Shown in pieces: positions 39,372 through 48,050 of a stretch of 64,000 nucleotides of DNA. The stretch's first letter is position 1; the number at the start of each line of letters is the position of its first letter. The position numbers were made by a program, and so were the translations under genes. Under the pieces are notes generated by a model. The model saw only the letters and a list, made by a program, of their open reading frames with translations. It was not told where the DNA came from and searched no databases. The stretch is taken from assembly GCA_964410905.1 (NCBI GenBank), contig CAYPIR010000006.1, positions 26,052-90,051 of the forward strand, given 5' to 3'. This stretch comes from an uncultured bacterium (GTDB taxonomy: Bacteria > Omnitrophota > Omnitrophia > Omnitrophales > Aquincolibacteriaceae).

Positions 39372-40210
39372 GCTCTCACCTTCGATGTCCCAAGTATAAA
39401 TTTGAAAAGGTCTAGAAATTTCTCCCGATATTCCGGCAATTGTTCAACAAAAGGAACCCCCGCAGAATAAAGTTCTGCGATTTTCCGGTCAAAAGGTATT
39501 TGAAGCATTACTGGAATCTCATGAGCCTTGAAATGGATCCGGGTTTTCAGATCGTGCGGTTCCGTCCGGTTCATGACAACTCCGTAAGGGATTTTAAGTT
39601 TCTTAACGGTTTCGATTGCGAGCTCGAGATCATTCATCCCGAAGGGTGTGGGTTCTGTGACCAAAATACAAAAATCACTTCCTTTCACAGCCGTCACCAT
39701 GGGGCATGAAGTACCCGGTGGTGCGTCAATAATCGTCATGCATGACCGGTCGATATGCGACTTGACTTGTCGAATAAGCGGAGGAGCCATAGTTTCACCC
39801 ACGGCAAGTTTCCCCTGAATAAAATCAATACCTCCCCTCTGCCCTATTTCAATTTCACCGATCGATCGGTCCACCTCCCGGATGGCTCCTTTGGGACACA
39901 GACGAGTGCAGGCTCCGCAGCTATGGCACATTTTGGGAAAAAAAAGAACCTTTTGGGGAAGGACTGCCAGCGCGTGATAGGCGCAAACTTCCTGGCATTT
40001 CCCGCAAAAATCGCACTTGGCATAATCTATCTCTGGGACTCGAACCGTTGCCGGTTTTCGATCGGTTATATTAGCTTTTAGAAATATCTGCGCATTGGGT
40101 CCCTCAACATCGCAATCGAGAAGCTGAGCGTGTTCTAGGGAAAGCGCCAGATTCACCGCCACTGTCGTTTTTCCGGTACCTCCTTTGCCGCTTGCCACCG
40201 AAATAATCAT
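39368..40210 (-). CDS. MinD/Mrp-like P-loop ATPase with 4Fe-4S ferredoxin domain (second paralog)
   Basis: SGKGGTGKTT, CDFCGKCQEVC and CHSCGACTRLCP. Start moved to MIISVASGKGG. Confidence 0.8.
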   Translation of the reverse strand: MIISVASGKGGTGKTTVAVNLALSLEHAQLLDCDVEGPNAQIFLKANITDRKPATVRVPEIDYAKCDFCGKCQEVCAYHALAVLPQKVLFFPKMCHSCGACTRLCPKGAIREVDRSIGEIEIGQRGGIDFIQGKLAVGETMAPPLIRQVKSHIDRSCMTIIDAPPGTSCPMVTAVKGSDFCILVTEPTPFGMNDLELAIETVKKLKIPYGVVMNRTEPHDLKTRIHFKAHEIPVMLQIPFDRKIAELYSAGVPFVEQLPEYREKFLDLFKFILGTSKVRA

Positions 40211-40854
40211 TGCGGTTTCTCTGCAATGATCGTTTGATGAAAGGAAGTTGTTGATTTTCTTACAAGAAACTTTTTTTTTCGAAGATAAGTTGCAGCCCAC
40301 GGCATCGTGACCGTGCCTTTACCATGCGTATTTTCTTCAAGAGCATGGATCTGTTCCATGGTTTTAAATCCCTTTTCCGTAAAATCACTCAGGATTAGCT
40401 TCCCTCCGGGCTTAAGAACGCGGATGAGTTCGTCCAGGACCTTGTGGGGCTGGATAAAATGGTGGAGGGTATTGATGGAGAAAACCATGTCGTAGCATTC
40501 GTCTTTAAAGCTTAAGTGTTCTCCGTTCTCCACGCGAAGATCCGCAAAATCGTCTAAAAGTTGAAATTTCAGATAAAGCTTTGCAAGATCGCGCTCTTTT
40601 TTCGAAATATCAAAACTGGTGAAGGTCAGGCCGCGCTTTGCCAAGGCGCTCGCAAAATGCCCCTTTCCTGTACCTGCTTCGAGTATTCTCCCGCGCAACG
40701 GAGAGGCTTGTTCAAGGATCACTTCCCGTTCTCTGTCGAGGTTGTAGCCGAACTTTAAGAACATTTTTTTGCGTTCAAATATCCGTCTCAACGCCGGCGA
40801 CAGCTCAGGGAGAATCTTGCTTTTCTTGGAAACTCGTATCGGATCAATTTTCAT
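40207..40854 (-). CDS. Class I SAM-dependent methyltransferase
   Basis: ILEAGTGKGHFA (motif I), LKPGGKLIL. Start moved to the internal ATG (MKIDPIRV). Confidence 0.65.
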   Translation of the reverse strand: MKIDPIRVSKKSKILPELSPALRRIFERKKMFLKFGYNLDREREVILEQASPLRGRILEAGTGKGHFASALAKRGLTFTSFDISKKERDLAKLYLKFQLLDDFADLRVENGEHLSFKDECYDMVFSINTLHHFIQPHKVLDELIRVLKPGGKLILSDFTEKGFKTMEQIHALEENTHGKGTVTMPWAATYLRKKKFLVRKSTTSFHQTIIAEKPQ

Positions 40855-41017
40855 GGGGAGAGATCGCCTGTGTTGGACAGAAAGAGATGCAAGACTCGCA
40901 TTCGAGGCATTGTTCGTTTGCAACTGCTTTACCTTGCGTTAGCCGGACGCTGTCCACAGAGCAAACAGCTATACAAACACAGCGACCATTACATTCTGTA
41001 GCCTCTGTTTTGACCAT
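40844..41017 (-). CDS. Small 57-aa ferredoxin-like protein, not in the supplied ORF track
   Basis: My own translation of the minus strand gives MVKTEATECNGRCVCIAVCSVDSVRLTQGKAVANEQCLECESCISFCPTQAISPHEN. It has a canonical C-x2-C-x2-C-x3-CP motif plus a second Cys cluster. Overlaps the methyltransferase start by 11 nt. Confidence 0.4.
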   Translation of the reverse strand: MVKTEATECNGRCVCIAVCSVDSVRLTQGKAVANEQCLECESCISFCPTQAISPHEN

Positions 41018-41045
41018 CTTGAATTTTCCTTATATGGATGAGTTT

Positions 41046-41417
41046 TTAGACTTTAGAGATTCCAGATTTCGAGATAACACTGGGATTTTTTGCAGCCTCT
41101 AATTTCCCGCTTTTATAATTCTCAAGAGCCTCTGAGATTTTTCCCGAAACTCCGGTAATGACATTGATCCCCGCTGATAGAGCAACCTCGAAAGCATTGG
41201 GGCCCATATTCCCCGTAAGAATAACTTCCACGCCCTTGGAAACTACCATCTGTACTGTCTGGATTCCGGCTCCACCCGAGTTTTGAGCATGGACGTTTTC
41301 AACCGTTTCGAAATCTCCGGAATCCGTATCAAAAATTAAAAAATACTTGCAGCGTCCGAAGCGCGGATCGACCGCAGCGTCGGGGGTCTTTCCCTCTGAA
41401 GTAATAGCTATTTTCAT
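41046..41417 (-). CDS. NifX/NifB-C-like dinitrogenase FeMo-cofactor-binding family protein (PF02579-like)
   Basis: MKIAITSEG...RFGRCKYFLIFD...VILTGNMGPNAFEVL pattern. Confidence 0.7.
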   Translation of the reverse strand: MKIAITSEGKTPDAAVDPRFGRCKYFLIFDTDSGDFETVENVHAQNSGGAGIQTVQMVVSKGVEVILTGNMGPNAFEVALSAGINVITGVSGKISEALENYKSGKLEAAKNPSVISKSGISKV

Positions 41418-41499
41418 AACCCTCCTTAAGTGAGTATCGTGTTTCTTACATTTTTAAGGGCACACAGCGCAATACTGTTATCTCAGGTGGAGCGCAGTA

Positions 41500-41865
41500 T
41501 TAGTGACATCCTCCTTCGTGCCCCGGGCAGCTCGCCAGTCCGCCGAGCTTGTTTTTGACAAGATCTTCAACTGCGGCTTTGACATTTCCGGAATAACCGA
41601 ACACCTGAATACCGGCTGCCGAAAATTTCTCTTGGGCACCCATTCCCATGCCGCCTGCGATCACATGCGTGACGTCGTGCTTCAACATTTCATCTACAGC
41701 CTGACAGCCGCCCTCGCCGTGTACTGCTGTATTTTGGGCCACTTTCGCCTCTTTGATTTTGTTTCCATTTAGTTCGACCACACAAAAATACTTACACTGA
41801 CCGAAATGTGCGGAGACTTCGCTATCGAGTCCGCGATCGTCATTGGTGGTAATGCCTATTCTCAT
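41500..41865 (-). CDS. NifX-like FeMo-cofactor-binding family protein with a C-terminal CPGHEGGCH motif
   Basis: MRIGITTND...HFGQCKYFCVVE...VIAGGMGMGA. Start moved to the internal ATG at 41865. Confidence 0.7.
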   Translation of the reverse strand: MRIGITTNDDRGLDSEVSAHFGQCKYFCVVELNGNKIKEAKVAQNTAVHGEGGCQAVDEMLKHDVTHVIAGGMGMGAQEKFSAAGIQVFGYSGNVKAAVEDLVKNKLGGLASCPGHEGGCH

Positions 41866-41929
41866 GTCGCTATCCTCCTGGTTCTCAAGAGACAGCCATC
41901 TGATTGTTGTCTGCCTCTTGAACACACGT

Positions 41930-42250
41930 TTAGTTTCCTTTTTTCTGTTTCTCTGTTTGCTGTAATTCGGTCAACCGTGAGCGAACTACTTCAAGCTCAC
42001 CTGAAAGATAAGCGGCTTGTTCTTTTAACAGTTCGCTCTCTTCTTTCTCACTGATTCCGGTCTGAACGGGATACACTTTTTGCCATCCGCTCAGCCCTGT
42101 AGCATAAAACTGGTTCCACCGTCCACGGCATCCCCAGCCACCCACGCGTCCGACACCTCGACTTGCTCCTGCAGAACGCGTGCAAAAGCCGCGTCCTCCT
42201 CCCGTCATCGGGCCGATACCCATGGGCCCCATTCCGTTTCCTCCTGGCAT
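41930..42250 (-). CDS. DUF5320-like protein (Gly/Met/Pro-rich N-terminus plus coiled coil)
   Basis: MPGGNGMGPMGIGPMTGGGRGFC N-terminus and coiled-coil tail. Strong SD AAGGAGGTGA 7 nt upstream of the ATG at 42250. The ORF-track start at 42283 lies inside the Fur-box-like site. Confidence 0.55.
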   Translation of the reverse strand: MPGGNGMGPMGIGPMTGGGRGFCTRSAGASRGVGRVGGWGCRGRWNQFYATGLSGWQKVYPVQTGISEKEESELLKEQAAYLSGELEVVRSRLTELQQTEKQKKGN

Positions 42251-42266
42251 AACAGTCACCTCCTTA

Positions 42267-42292
42267 TTGAAAATGGTTTTCATTGATAATCA
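42267..42292. promoter_or_regulatory. Fur-box-like operator (TTGAAAATGGTTTTCATTGATAATCA) immediately upstream of the DUF5320/NifX-like/MinD-like operon
   Basis: Contains a TGATAAT hexamer repeat and a GAAAATGGTTTTC dyad. Located between the fur stop and the SD of the DUF5320 gene. Confidence 0.4.
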
Positions 42293-42307
42293 AAAAAATA
42301 TAGTCGT

Positions 42308-42709
42308 CTACTTCTGACACTTTTCGCAAAGTCCATAGAACTCGATCACATGGTCCGTGATTTTGAAGCGAAATTTCTTCGACAGTCCGGCTTCAGTTTT
42401 TTTTAAGAGCCGCACTTCATCATCGATAAAATCCCGGTAATCTAAAACGCGGTTACAGGCTGTGCAGACCAAGTGGTGATGATGGTCATCGCTTTTAGAC
42501 CCGCGGATCAGCTCGTAACGGGCTCGCCCGTCACCGAACTCGTGTCGCGAAAGCACGTTCATCTCAGCAAGGAGATCCAAAGTCCGATAAACTGTAACAA
42601 GCCCAACCTTCGGATATTGTCTCCGAACCGCGTTAAACACCTCTTCTGCGCTTAAATGGCCACCCTTCTTGCTCACGACATTCAAAATCAACTCACGCGC
42701 GACCGTCAT
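42308..42709 (-). CDS. fur: Fur-family metalloregulator (Fur/PerR/Zur type)
   Basis: HTH region ELILNVV...HLSAEEVFNAV, regulatory motifs HHHHLVCTACNRV...C-x2-C. Probable start at the internal Met (MTVARELIL). The ORF-track frame extends to 42775. Confidence 0.8.
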   Translation of the reverse strand: MTVARELILNVVSKKGGHLSAEEVFNAVRRQYPKVGLVTVYRTLDLLAEMNVLSRHEFGDGRARYELIRGSKSDDHHHHLVCTACNRVLDYRDFIDDEVRLLKKTEAGLSKKFRFKITDHVIEFYGLCEKCQK

Positions 42710-42794
42710 ACGGCGGCCACAACCCCTCAACTGTCCCGAAAACCATGGTGGTCCACATCCATCTCGCCTAGGCATATTACTTTGCCTCCTTATT

Positions 42795-42814
42795 GAAAAT
42801 CATTATCAATAATA
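42795..42814. promoter_or_regulatory. Fur box (GAAAATCATTATCAATAAT) about 20 nt upstream of the fur ORF, implying autoregulation
   Basis: 14/19 match to the GATAATGATAATCATTATC consensus, with an exact ATCATTATC core. Confidence 0.5.
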
Positions 42815-43138
42815 TACTTTAAACAAGCACCTGTCAAATGTTTTAACTTGTTCATCTATCAAAAAAAATTGAAAAATATTCGAGTTCGAGATAGCCGCGT
42901 GATTGGTGAATGCCATTGGCACCTAAGGAGATAATTGCTTGCAGCAAACACTATCAGGGTCTTACAAAAAATTAAAAGAATTCTGAGGATAGAGCTTGAA
43001 GAGAATATGACATAAAGCAGTGTAAGCGCCCCGCCAATACTCAACCGAAGGTTGCGATGCAGAGCTTTATTTCCTTTCCGCACTTATTGATTGTTTTTTT
43101 TATTGACACATTAAAGAATATTCACAAAATAGAAAAAT

Positions 43139-44137
43139 ATGGTCGGTCGCAGAGCAAAACTCAGAAAAAGATTCTCGCGGTTTAAAGAACAGTTTATCAA
43201 AACGGTTTCCCGTATTAAGCCGATTGTCGCATTTCGTATTTTAGGCGGAATCGTTATTTTTTTCCCCGGCTTAGCACTTTCTATATTGATGTCACTTTCA
43301 CGAACAATTCGATGGCGAAAACTCGAAACTTGTAAAAAATTTTTATTGCACCATTCGCTCGCATTTGAAAATGTTCTTCCCGATTCGCTAACGGTGCGCT
43401 CTGTGTCCGGCGGGTTGAGTAATTCAAATCAAATTTGGTATTGCAAGAAAAAATCTGGCGAAGATGTAACATATTTCGTAAAAATCTTTTTGTCAGCGGG
43501 AAGTTTTTGGGCAAAACGCCTTTCTTTTGTCAGCCCGTTTCCGGCGATTTATGCGGGTAAAACTCATGAACGATTTACAACCGACATGGTAAGCCGTGTT
43601 CAATTGTCTGAGTATGGAGTTTCTGTCCCGCGGCTCGTCGCGTATGATGCTGTTGAAAAAGTTATGGTCGCAGAACATATTTCTGGCAGAAATGTCGATG
43701 CGATTTTGCAAAGAATTGGACGCCGCGGAAAATTTTTAAACGATGAAAAAGAAGTAATTCGTCAGTCGGCCATCGGACTCGCGAGGGCTCATCGAGCGGG
43801 ATTTTCCTTAATTGATACTCAACCCATTAATTGCATCTGGGTTTCTGGTGAAAAAAAAGTTTACTTCACCGACCTTGAATTTTGCACGCGAGAAGACACG
43901 CGGCTTTGGGATATAGGTTTTTTTCTTTGCTTTATAGCAGTTCGTCTTACAAGCAGTATACGGCAAACGGCGCGCGACATATTCTTGGAAAATTATAAAA
44001 AAGAGCAACCCCTCGATAGCGCGGCGCTAGACAGAACCGCCGAGACGCTTCAAAGTTATATGCCTGTCTTTCAAGCTATTCTTGATATAAGACAATTTAC
44101 GCCCGAAGAGCTTTTTGAAGGTTTAATTTCAGCGTGA
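43139..44137 (+). CDS. Membrane-anchored protein-kinase-like fold protein (Kdo/LPS kinase or RIO-like family)
   Basis: N-terminal TM. HRAGFSLIDTQPINCI resembles the HxDLxxxN catalytic loop and YFTDLEF resembles the DFG/IDFE metal-binding motif. Confidence 0.35.
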   Translation: MVGRRAKLRKRFSRFKEQFIKTVSRIKPIVAFRILGGIVIFFPGLALSILMSLSRTIRWRKLETCKKFLLHHSLAFENVLPDSLTVRSVSGGLSNSNQIWYCKKKSGEDVTYFVKIFLSAGSFWAKRLSFVSPFPAIYAGKTHERFTTDMVSRVQLSEYGVSVPRLVAYDAVEKVMVAEHISGRNVDAILQRIGRRGKFLNDEKEVIRQSAIGLARAHRAGFSLIDTQPINCIWVSGEKKVYFTDLEFCTREDTRLWDIGFFLCFIAVRLTSSIRQTARDIFLENYKKEQPLDSAALDRTAETLQSYMPVFQAILDIRQFTPEELFEGLISA

Positions 44138-44208
44138 AAGATAAATGGCCAATTAAATTTTTATTATCTTTTTTGACATAAAAGCTCTCAAGGCGTAAAA
44201 TCAAATTT

Positions 44209-45204
44209 ATGAAACCTAAGGCATCTAAAAAATCTTTAAAAAAAGCAACAGAACCTCAAAAAAAAGTTGACGCTAACGTCGTAATCTTTGACATTGATAA
44301 TGTTCTTATCGATACGCGCAAGTCATACCTTGATGCCATCCGCAGTACTGTTGATCTTTACCTTACTCACGGTCCAGTTCCGTTTTTTAGTTCGGAGCTA
44401 AAGTCTAAATCACGCGGAATTTTAAGTCCTGACGATGTGGAAAAGTTTAAACTTTTGGGCGGATTTAATGACGATTGGGATTGTTGTTATGGGCTTCTCG
44501 TCTATCTGCTTTCGCTTCCCACAAAAAAACGCACTGTTGAATCTTTAAAAAAAGCCATTCAAATTGAAAAATTTTCTAAAAATATTAAAACGCGACCTTT
44601 GGGTGTGTCAGGCATTACCGCTATTTTAGGACGGCCTTCGACTATCACGATCGAGCGCGTGGCGAGAATTTTTCAAGAAATCTATCTTGGCAAGGAGCTT
44701 TTTCCCCGTGTGACTTTAAACAAAATCCGTTATTGGAATAAGCGAGGCCTTATTCAGCGCGAAGAACTTGTTTTTAAACGTCAAACGTTGGAAAAATTAA
44801 AAAGCCTTGGGCTAAAGATTGGTATTGCTACAGGTCGTCCGTATTATGAAGCGATGCACGCTCTCAAGACTTTTGGAATTGCTGATATGTTTGATGCGGT
44901 TGTGACTATGGACGAAGTTAAGAAAGAAGAACGTGAACGAAAAGAATCTCTGCGGAAGCCGCACCCTTTTTCAATTTTAAAGGCGGCAAAATCTTTGGGG
45001 ATAAAAAAGAAATTTTTGTATGTCGGCGATTTGCCCGATGATATGCTTGCCGCGGAACGAGCCAAAAAAGAAATTACTATTAACTCCGTTGGCTTTCCCT
45101 CCCTCGCGAACAATCCATTTCAAGCCGAAAAAGGACTTCGTGCAGCGAAAGCGGATTTTATTATCAAAACACCTTCCGATCTCGTAAGCCTTTTAGAAAA
45201 ATAA
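44209..45204 (+). CDS. HAD-superfamily hydrolase with a large cap domain
   Basis: Motif I VVIFDIDNVLIDT, motif III K...GIATGRP, motif IV YVGDLPDD. Confidence 0.55.
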   Translation: MKPKASKKSLKKATEPQKKVDANVVIFDIDNVLIDTRKSYLDAIRSTVDLYLTHGPVPFFSSELKSKSRGILSPDDVEKFKLLGGFNDDWDCCYGLLVYLLSLPTKKRTVESLKKAIQIEKFSKNIKTRPLGVSGITAILGRPSTITIERVARIFQEIYLGKELFPRVTLNKIRYWNKRGLIQREELVFKRQTLEKLKSLGLKIGIATGRPYYEAMHALKTFGIADMFDAVVTMDEVKKEERERKESLRKPHPFSILKAAKSLGIKKKFLYVGDLPDDMLAAERAKKEITINSVGFPSLANNPFQAEKGLRAAKADFIIKTPSDLVSLLEK

Positions 45205-45309
45205 TTTTTCATTTTTTAAAAAAATTGCCGACCATATACTTGCGGTTGCTTTTCTCCGTAAATAAACCATAAAATCTTTCACTCTTTTAATTGAAGGGTT
45301 TCTTCAACA

Positions 45310-46134
45310 GTGATATTACGCCTCGTTTTACTAAGTTGTTTATTATTTTTCATAATTACCTCGCCCCCTTCATTTGCCTTTGCTTTATCAATGACAGCAA
45401 ATGAACTAGTATGCCTTGAGCAAATGGTTTTTTTTAATGAATGCGCTGGTGAAGAAGCGCGAATGCTGACTTGGAATGAAGATGAGGCTTTCCCATCTTT
45501 TGGCGTTGGCCATTTTATTTGGTATCCCAAAGGTCCAAAGCCGCCATATCGCGAGTCGTTCACGGAATATCTTGAGTTTATGGAGGCGCAGCAATTAGAA
45601 ATTCCTGATTGGATTAAAAATCTGCCGACACGCGAAGCGCCTTGGGAAAGTAGACAAGAATTTTTAGATGAGCTTGGCAATGAACGGATGACTGACCTGT
45701 TGGATTTTTTGATTCGCACGCGGCGTTGGCAAACTATTTTTATAATGAAACGCGCCACTGATGTTTTACCAAAACTTTTGGCGACAGTTCCAGAGGCGGA
45801 GCATTTGGCTTTGACGTTAAAATTCAACGCTGTTGCGGGCGCTCCAAATGGAATGTTCGCAATAATTGATTATATAAATTTTAAAGGTGAAGGATTGCTT
45901 GAAACAGAACGGTTTAGAGGCGAAGGTTGGGGTTTGTTACAAGTATTGCAGCAAATGGATATGCCTCAAATTGAGACGCCTGAAACTGAAAAAGACGCGC
46001 TGCAAAATTTTGTACGCGCCGCGATGTTTGTCCTCGAACGAAGAACACAAAACGCTCCTCCAGATAAAGATTGTTCAAAACGCATTTGCGGTTGGAAGGA
46101 ACGCGTAAAAAAATATCTCACGGTCAAATGCTGA
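45310..46134 (+). CDS. Secreted hypothetical protein
   Basis: Clear signal peptide MILRLVLLSCLLFFIITSPPSFAFA. Preferred over the antisense ORF 45279-45827 because of composition. Confidence 0.4.
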   Translation: MILRLVLLSCLLFFIITSPPSFAFALSMTANELVCLEQMVFFNECAGEEARMLTWNEDEAFPSFGVGHFIWYPKGPKPPYRESFTEYLEFMEAQQLEIPDWIKNLPTREAPWESRQEFLDELGNERMTDLLDFLIRTRRWQTIFIMKRATDVLPKLLATVPEAEHLALTLKFNAVAGAPNGMFAIIDYINFKGEGLLETERFRGEGWGLLQVLQQMDMPQIETPETEKDALQNFVRAAMFVLERRTQNAPPDKDCSKRICGWKERVKKYLTVKC

Positions 46135-46256
46135 AATAAAGTTTTAATGTCTTTTCACCTCTGCTCAAAATGTATTCGTCAATACCTTTTTTGTTAGTTT
46201 CATCATCGTAGTCTTTCATTATAGACAACATTTTTTAGCCGTGATATGTTCGCGTA

Positions 46257-47693
46257 ATGCAGCCGCAATTTAGTCAAATTCAACAACAAAAAACGATTCT
46301 CTCGCCGCAAATGCGGGTGTTTTTGAAAGTTCTTCATTTGCCAATCGCGGAACTTAGACAAGCGGTAAATGATGAGCTGGAAAAGAATCCAATTCTTGAA
46401 GAGTCTGCTCGTGAAACGACTGACGAACTCCCTCCTGCTAATGCTTCACAAAATAATTCAAATGAAATATCCGATGATGAAACTAGCGAAACAATTCCTG
46501 ATGACTTAGAAGATAAAGAGCCGCTTGTTTTTACAGAACGAATTAAGGATTTTTCTCGTCCTAAAGCCGAAGATGTTCAAAAGATTAGAGATTTTCAAGA
46601 ATCGCTCATAACGCGTCCCGAAAGTTTGTTCGATTTTTTGGAATGGCAATTGCACTTTATTGATCTAAAACCCATAGAAAAAAAAGTTGCCGCGGAAATT
46701 TTAGGCAATATTGATTCTGACGGTTATTTAAAGGTGACCGTTGATGAAATAATGGCGGCCTGTGATGTCGATTCTGCCTGCGTCCAAAAAGTTTTGGAAG
46801 AAATTCAAAAATTTGATCCTCCGGGCGTTGGCGCGCGCGATCTCCGTGAAGCGCTCCTGATTCAATTGACGCGTAAGGGATCAAATGCGGCTCTCGCAAA
46901 GCAAATAGTATCCGAACATCTTTCCTTAATTGCTAAGCATGATCTTAAAAATCTTGCAAAAATTTATTCCGCGAGCGAAGAAGACATCAAGGCAGCTATT
47001 GATTTGGTGTCGCGTCTCGACCCAAAGCCCGGCAGAAGTTTTTATGCTGAAGAAAATATTGTGATTACCCCGGATGCGACTGTATCGATAAAAGATGGGA
47101 CGGATGACGAACTTGAGATAGAAGTTCATCAAGAATGGCTTCCTGAGCTTAAAATCAATAAAGAATACCGCCGTATGATTCGCCAAAAAGATATTGATGA
47201 TGAAACGAAAGGTTTTTTAAAAGAAAAACTGGCAAGCGGAATGGAGTTTTTAAAAGCAATTGAGCTTAGAGGCTCCACATTGAAGACTATTACTGATGAA
47301 GTGGTTCGCGCGCAACCGCTTTTTTTTACGCGCGGTTTTTCTTTTCTTCGTCCGCTGCGCTTGAAGGACATCGCGGAACGTTTAGGATTGCATGAGTCAA
47401 CAATTAGTCGCGCAATTCATGGAAAATATCTTAAAACTCCACAGGGCACTATCCCCTACAAGAGTTTTTTCTCTCAAAAAATCGAAACGGAAACTGGCGA
47501 TGTGGAATCACAAAAAAGTATCATGGAAAGAATTAAATCCATCGTGGAAAAAGAAGATTCTAAACACCCGCTCAGTGATCAAAAGATTGAAGAGCGGCTT
47601 AAAGCGGAAGGAATTGTGATAGCGAGGCGGACAATAGCGAAATATCGTAAAATATTGAGAATTCTTCCAATTCACTTAAGACGACAACGATAA
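46257..47693 (+). CDS. rpoN: RNA polymerase sigma-54 factor
   Basis: C-terminal RpoN box ARRTIAKYR, HTH ...LHESTISRA..., acidic region I/II organisation. Confidence 0.85.
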   Translation: MQPQFSQIQQQKTILSPQMRVFLKVLHLPIAELRQAVNDELEKNPILEESARETTDELPPANASQNNSNEISDDETSETIPDDLEDKEPLVFTERIKDFSRPKAEDVQKIRDFQESLITRPESLFDFLEWQLHFIDLKPIEKKVAAEILGNIDSDGYLKVTVDEIMAACDVDSACVQKVLEEIQKFDPPGVGARDLREALLIQLTRKGSNAALAKQIVSEHLSLIAKHDLKNLAKIYSASEEDIKAAIDLVSRLDPKPGRSFYAEENIVITPDATVSIKDGTDDELEIEVHQEWLPELKINKEYRRMIRQKDIDDETKGFLKEKLASGMEFLKAIELRGSTLKTITDEVVRAQPLFFTRGFSFLRPLRLKDIAERLGLHESTISRAIHGKYLKTPQGTIPYKSFFSQKIETETGDVESQKSIMERIKSIVEKEDSKHPLSDQKIEERLKAEGIVIARRTIAKYRKILRILPIHLRRQR

Positions 47694-47702
47694 GATCATA
47701 CA

Positions 47703-47775
<73 letters not shown>

Positions 47776-48050
47776 ATTGAACGTTTATTTAGAGAGATTT
47801 GAGATATTGGTCGACTGACTCAGCCGCGCTTCGACCTTGATGAATTGTCAAACGATGAACAAGATTTTGTAATATTTGAACGCCGCCTCTTGCTATTTGA
47901 TAAGTCTGTACTCAATCAATGCGCGCAACAAAACCTACACCGCACGCATTTAGACAAAACTCCCACGGATTTTTAAAGCTGGGGAAGAAAAATCTTCGAC
48001 CTAGTGAAGCGAAATTCGTGAGAGACCCGAACAGACCGAACGAGCGTATT

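Noticed and set aside
42696-42721. Apparent local mismatch between my reading of the printed sequence and the ORF-track translation of 42308-42775 (CGRRMTVA segment)
   Set aside because: Flanking codons agree on both sides. The discrepancy is two compensating 2-nt differences and is most likely my own transcription error, not a biological frameshift. Coordinates from the ORF track were retained.
42900-42945. TGGCAC motif as a possible sigma-54 (-24) element, given rpoN in the window
   Set aside because: No TTGC(A/T) -12 element at the required 5-nt spacing. No sigma-54-type promoter was found upstream of the pilin or pilM either.
45279-45827. 182-aa antisense ORF overlapping the secreted-protein gene
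   Set aside because: Ser/Arg-rich biased composition with no signal or motif. The + strand ORF has a clean signal peptide and varied composition.
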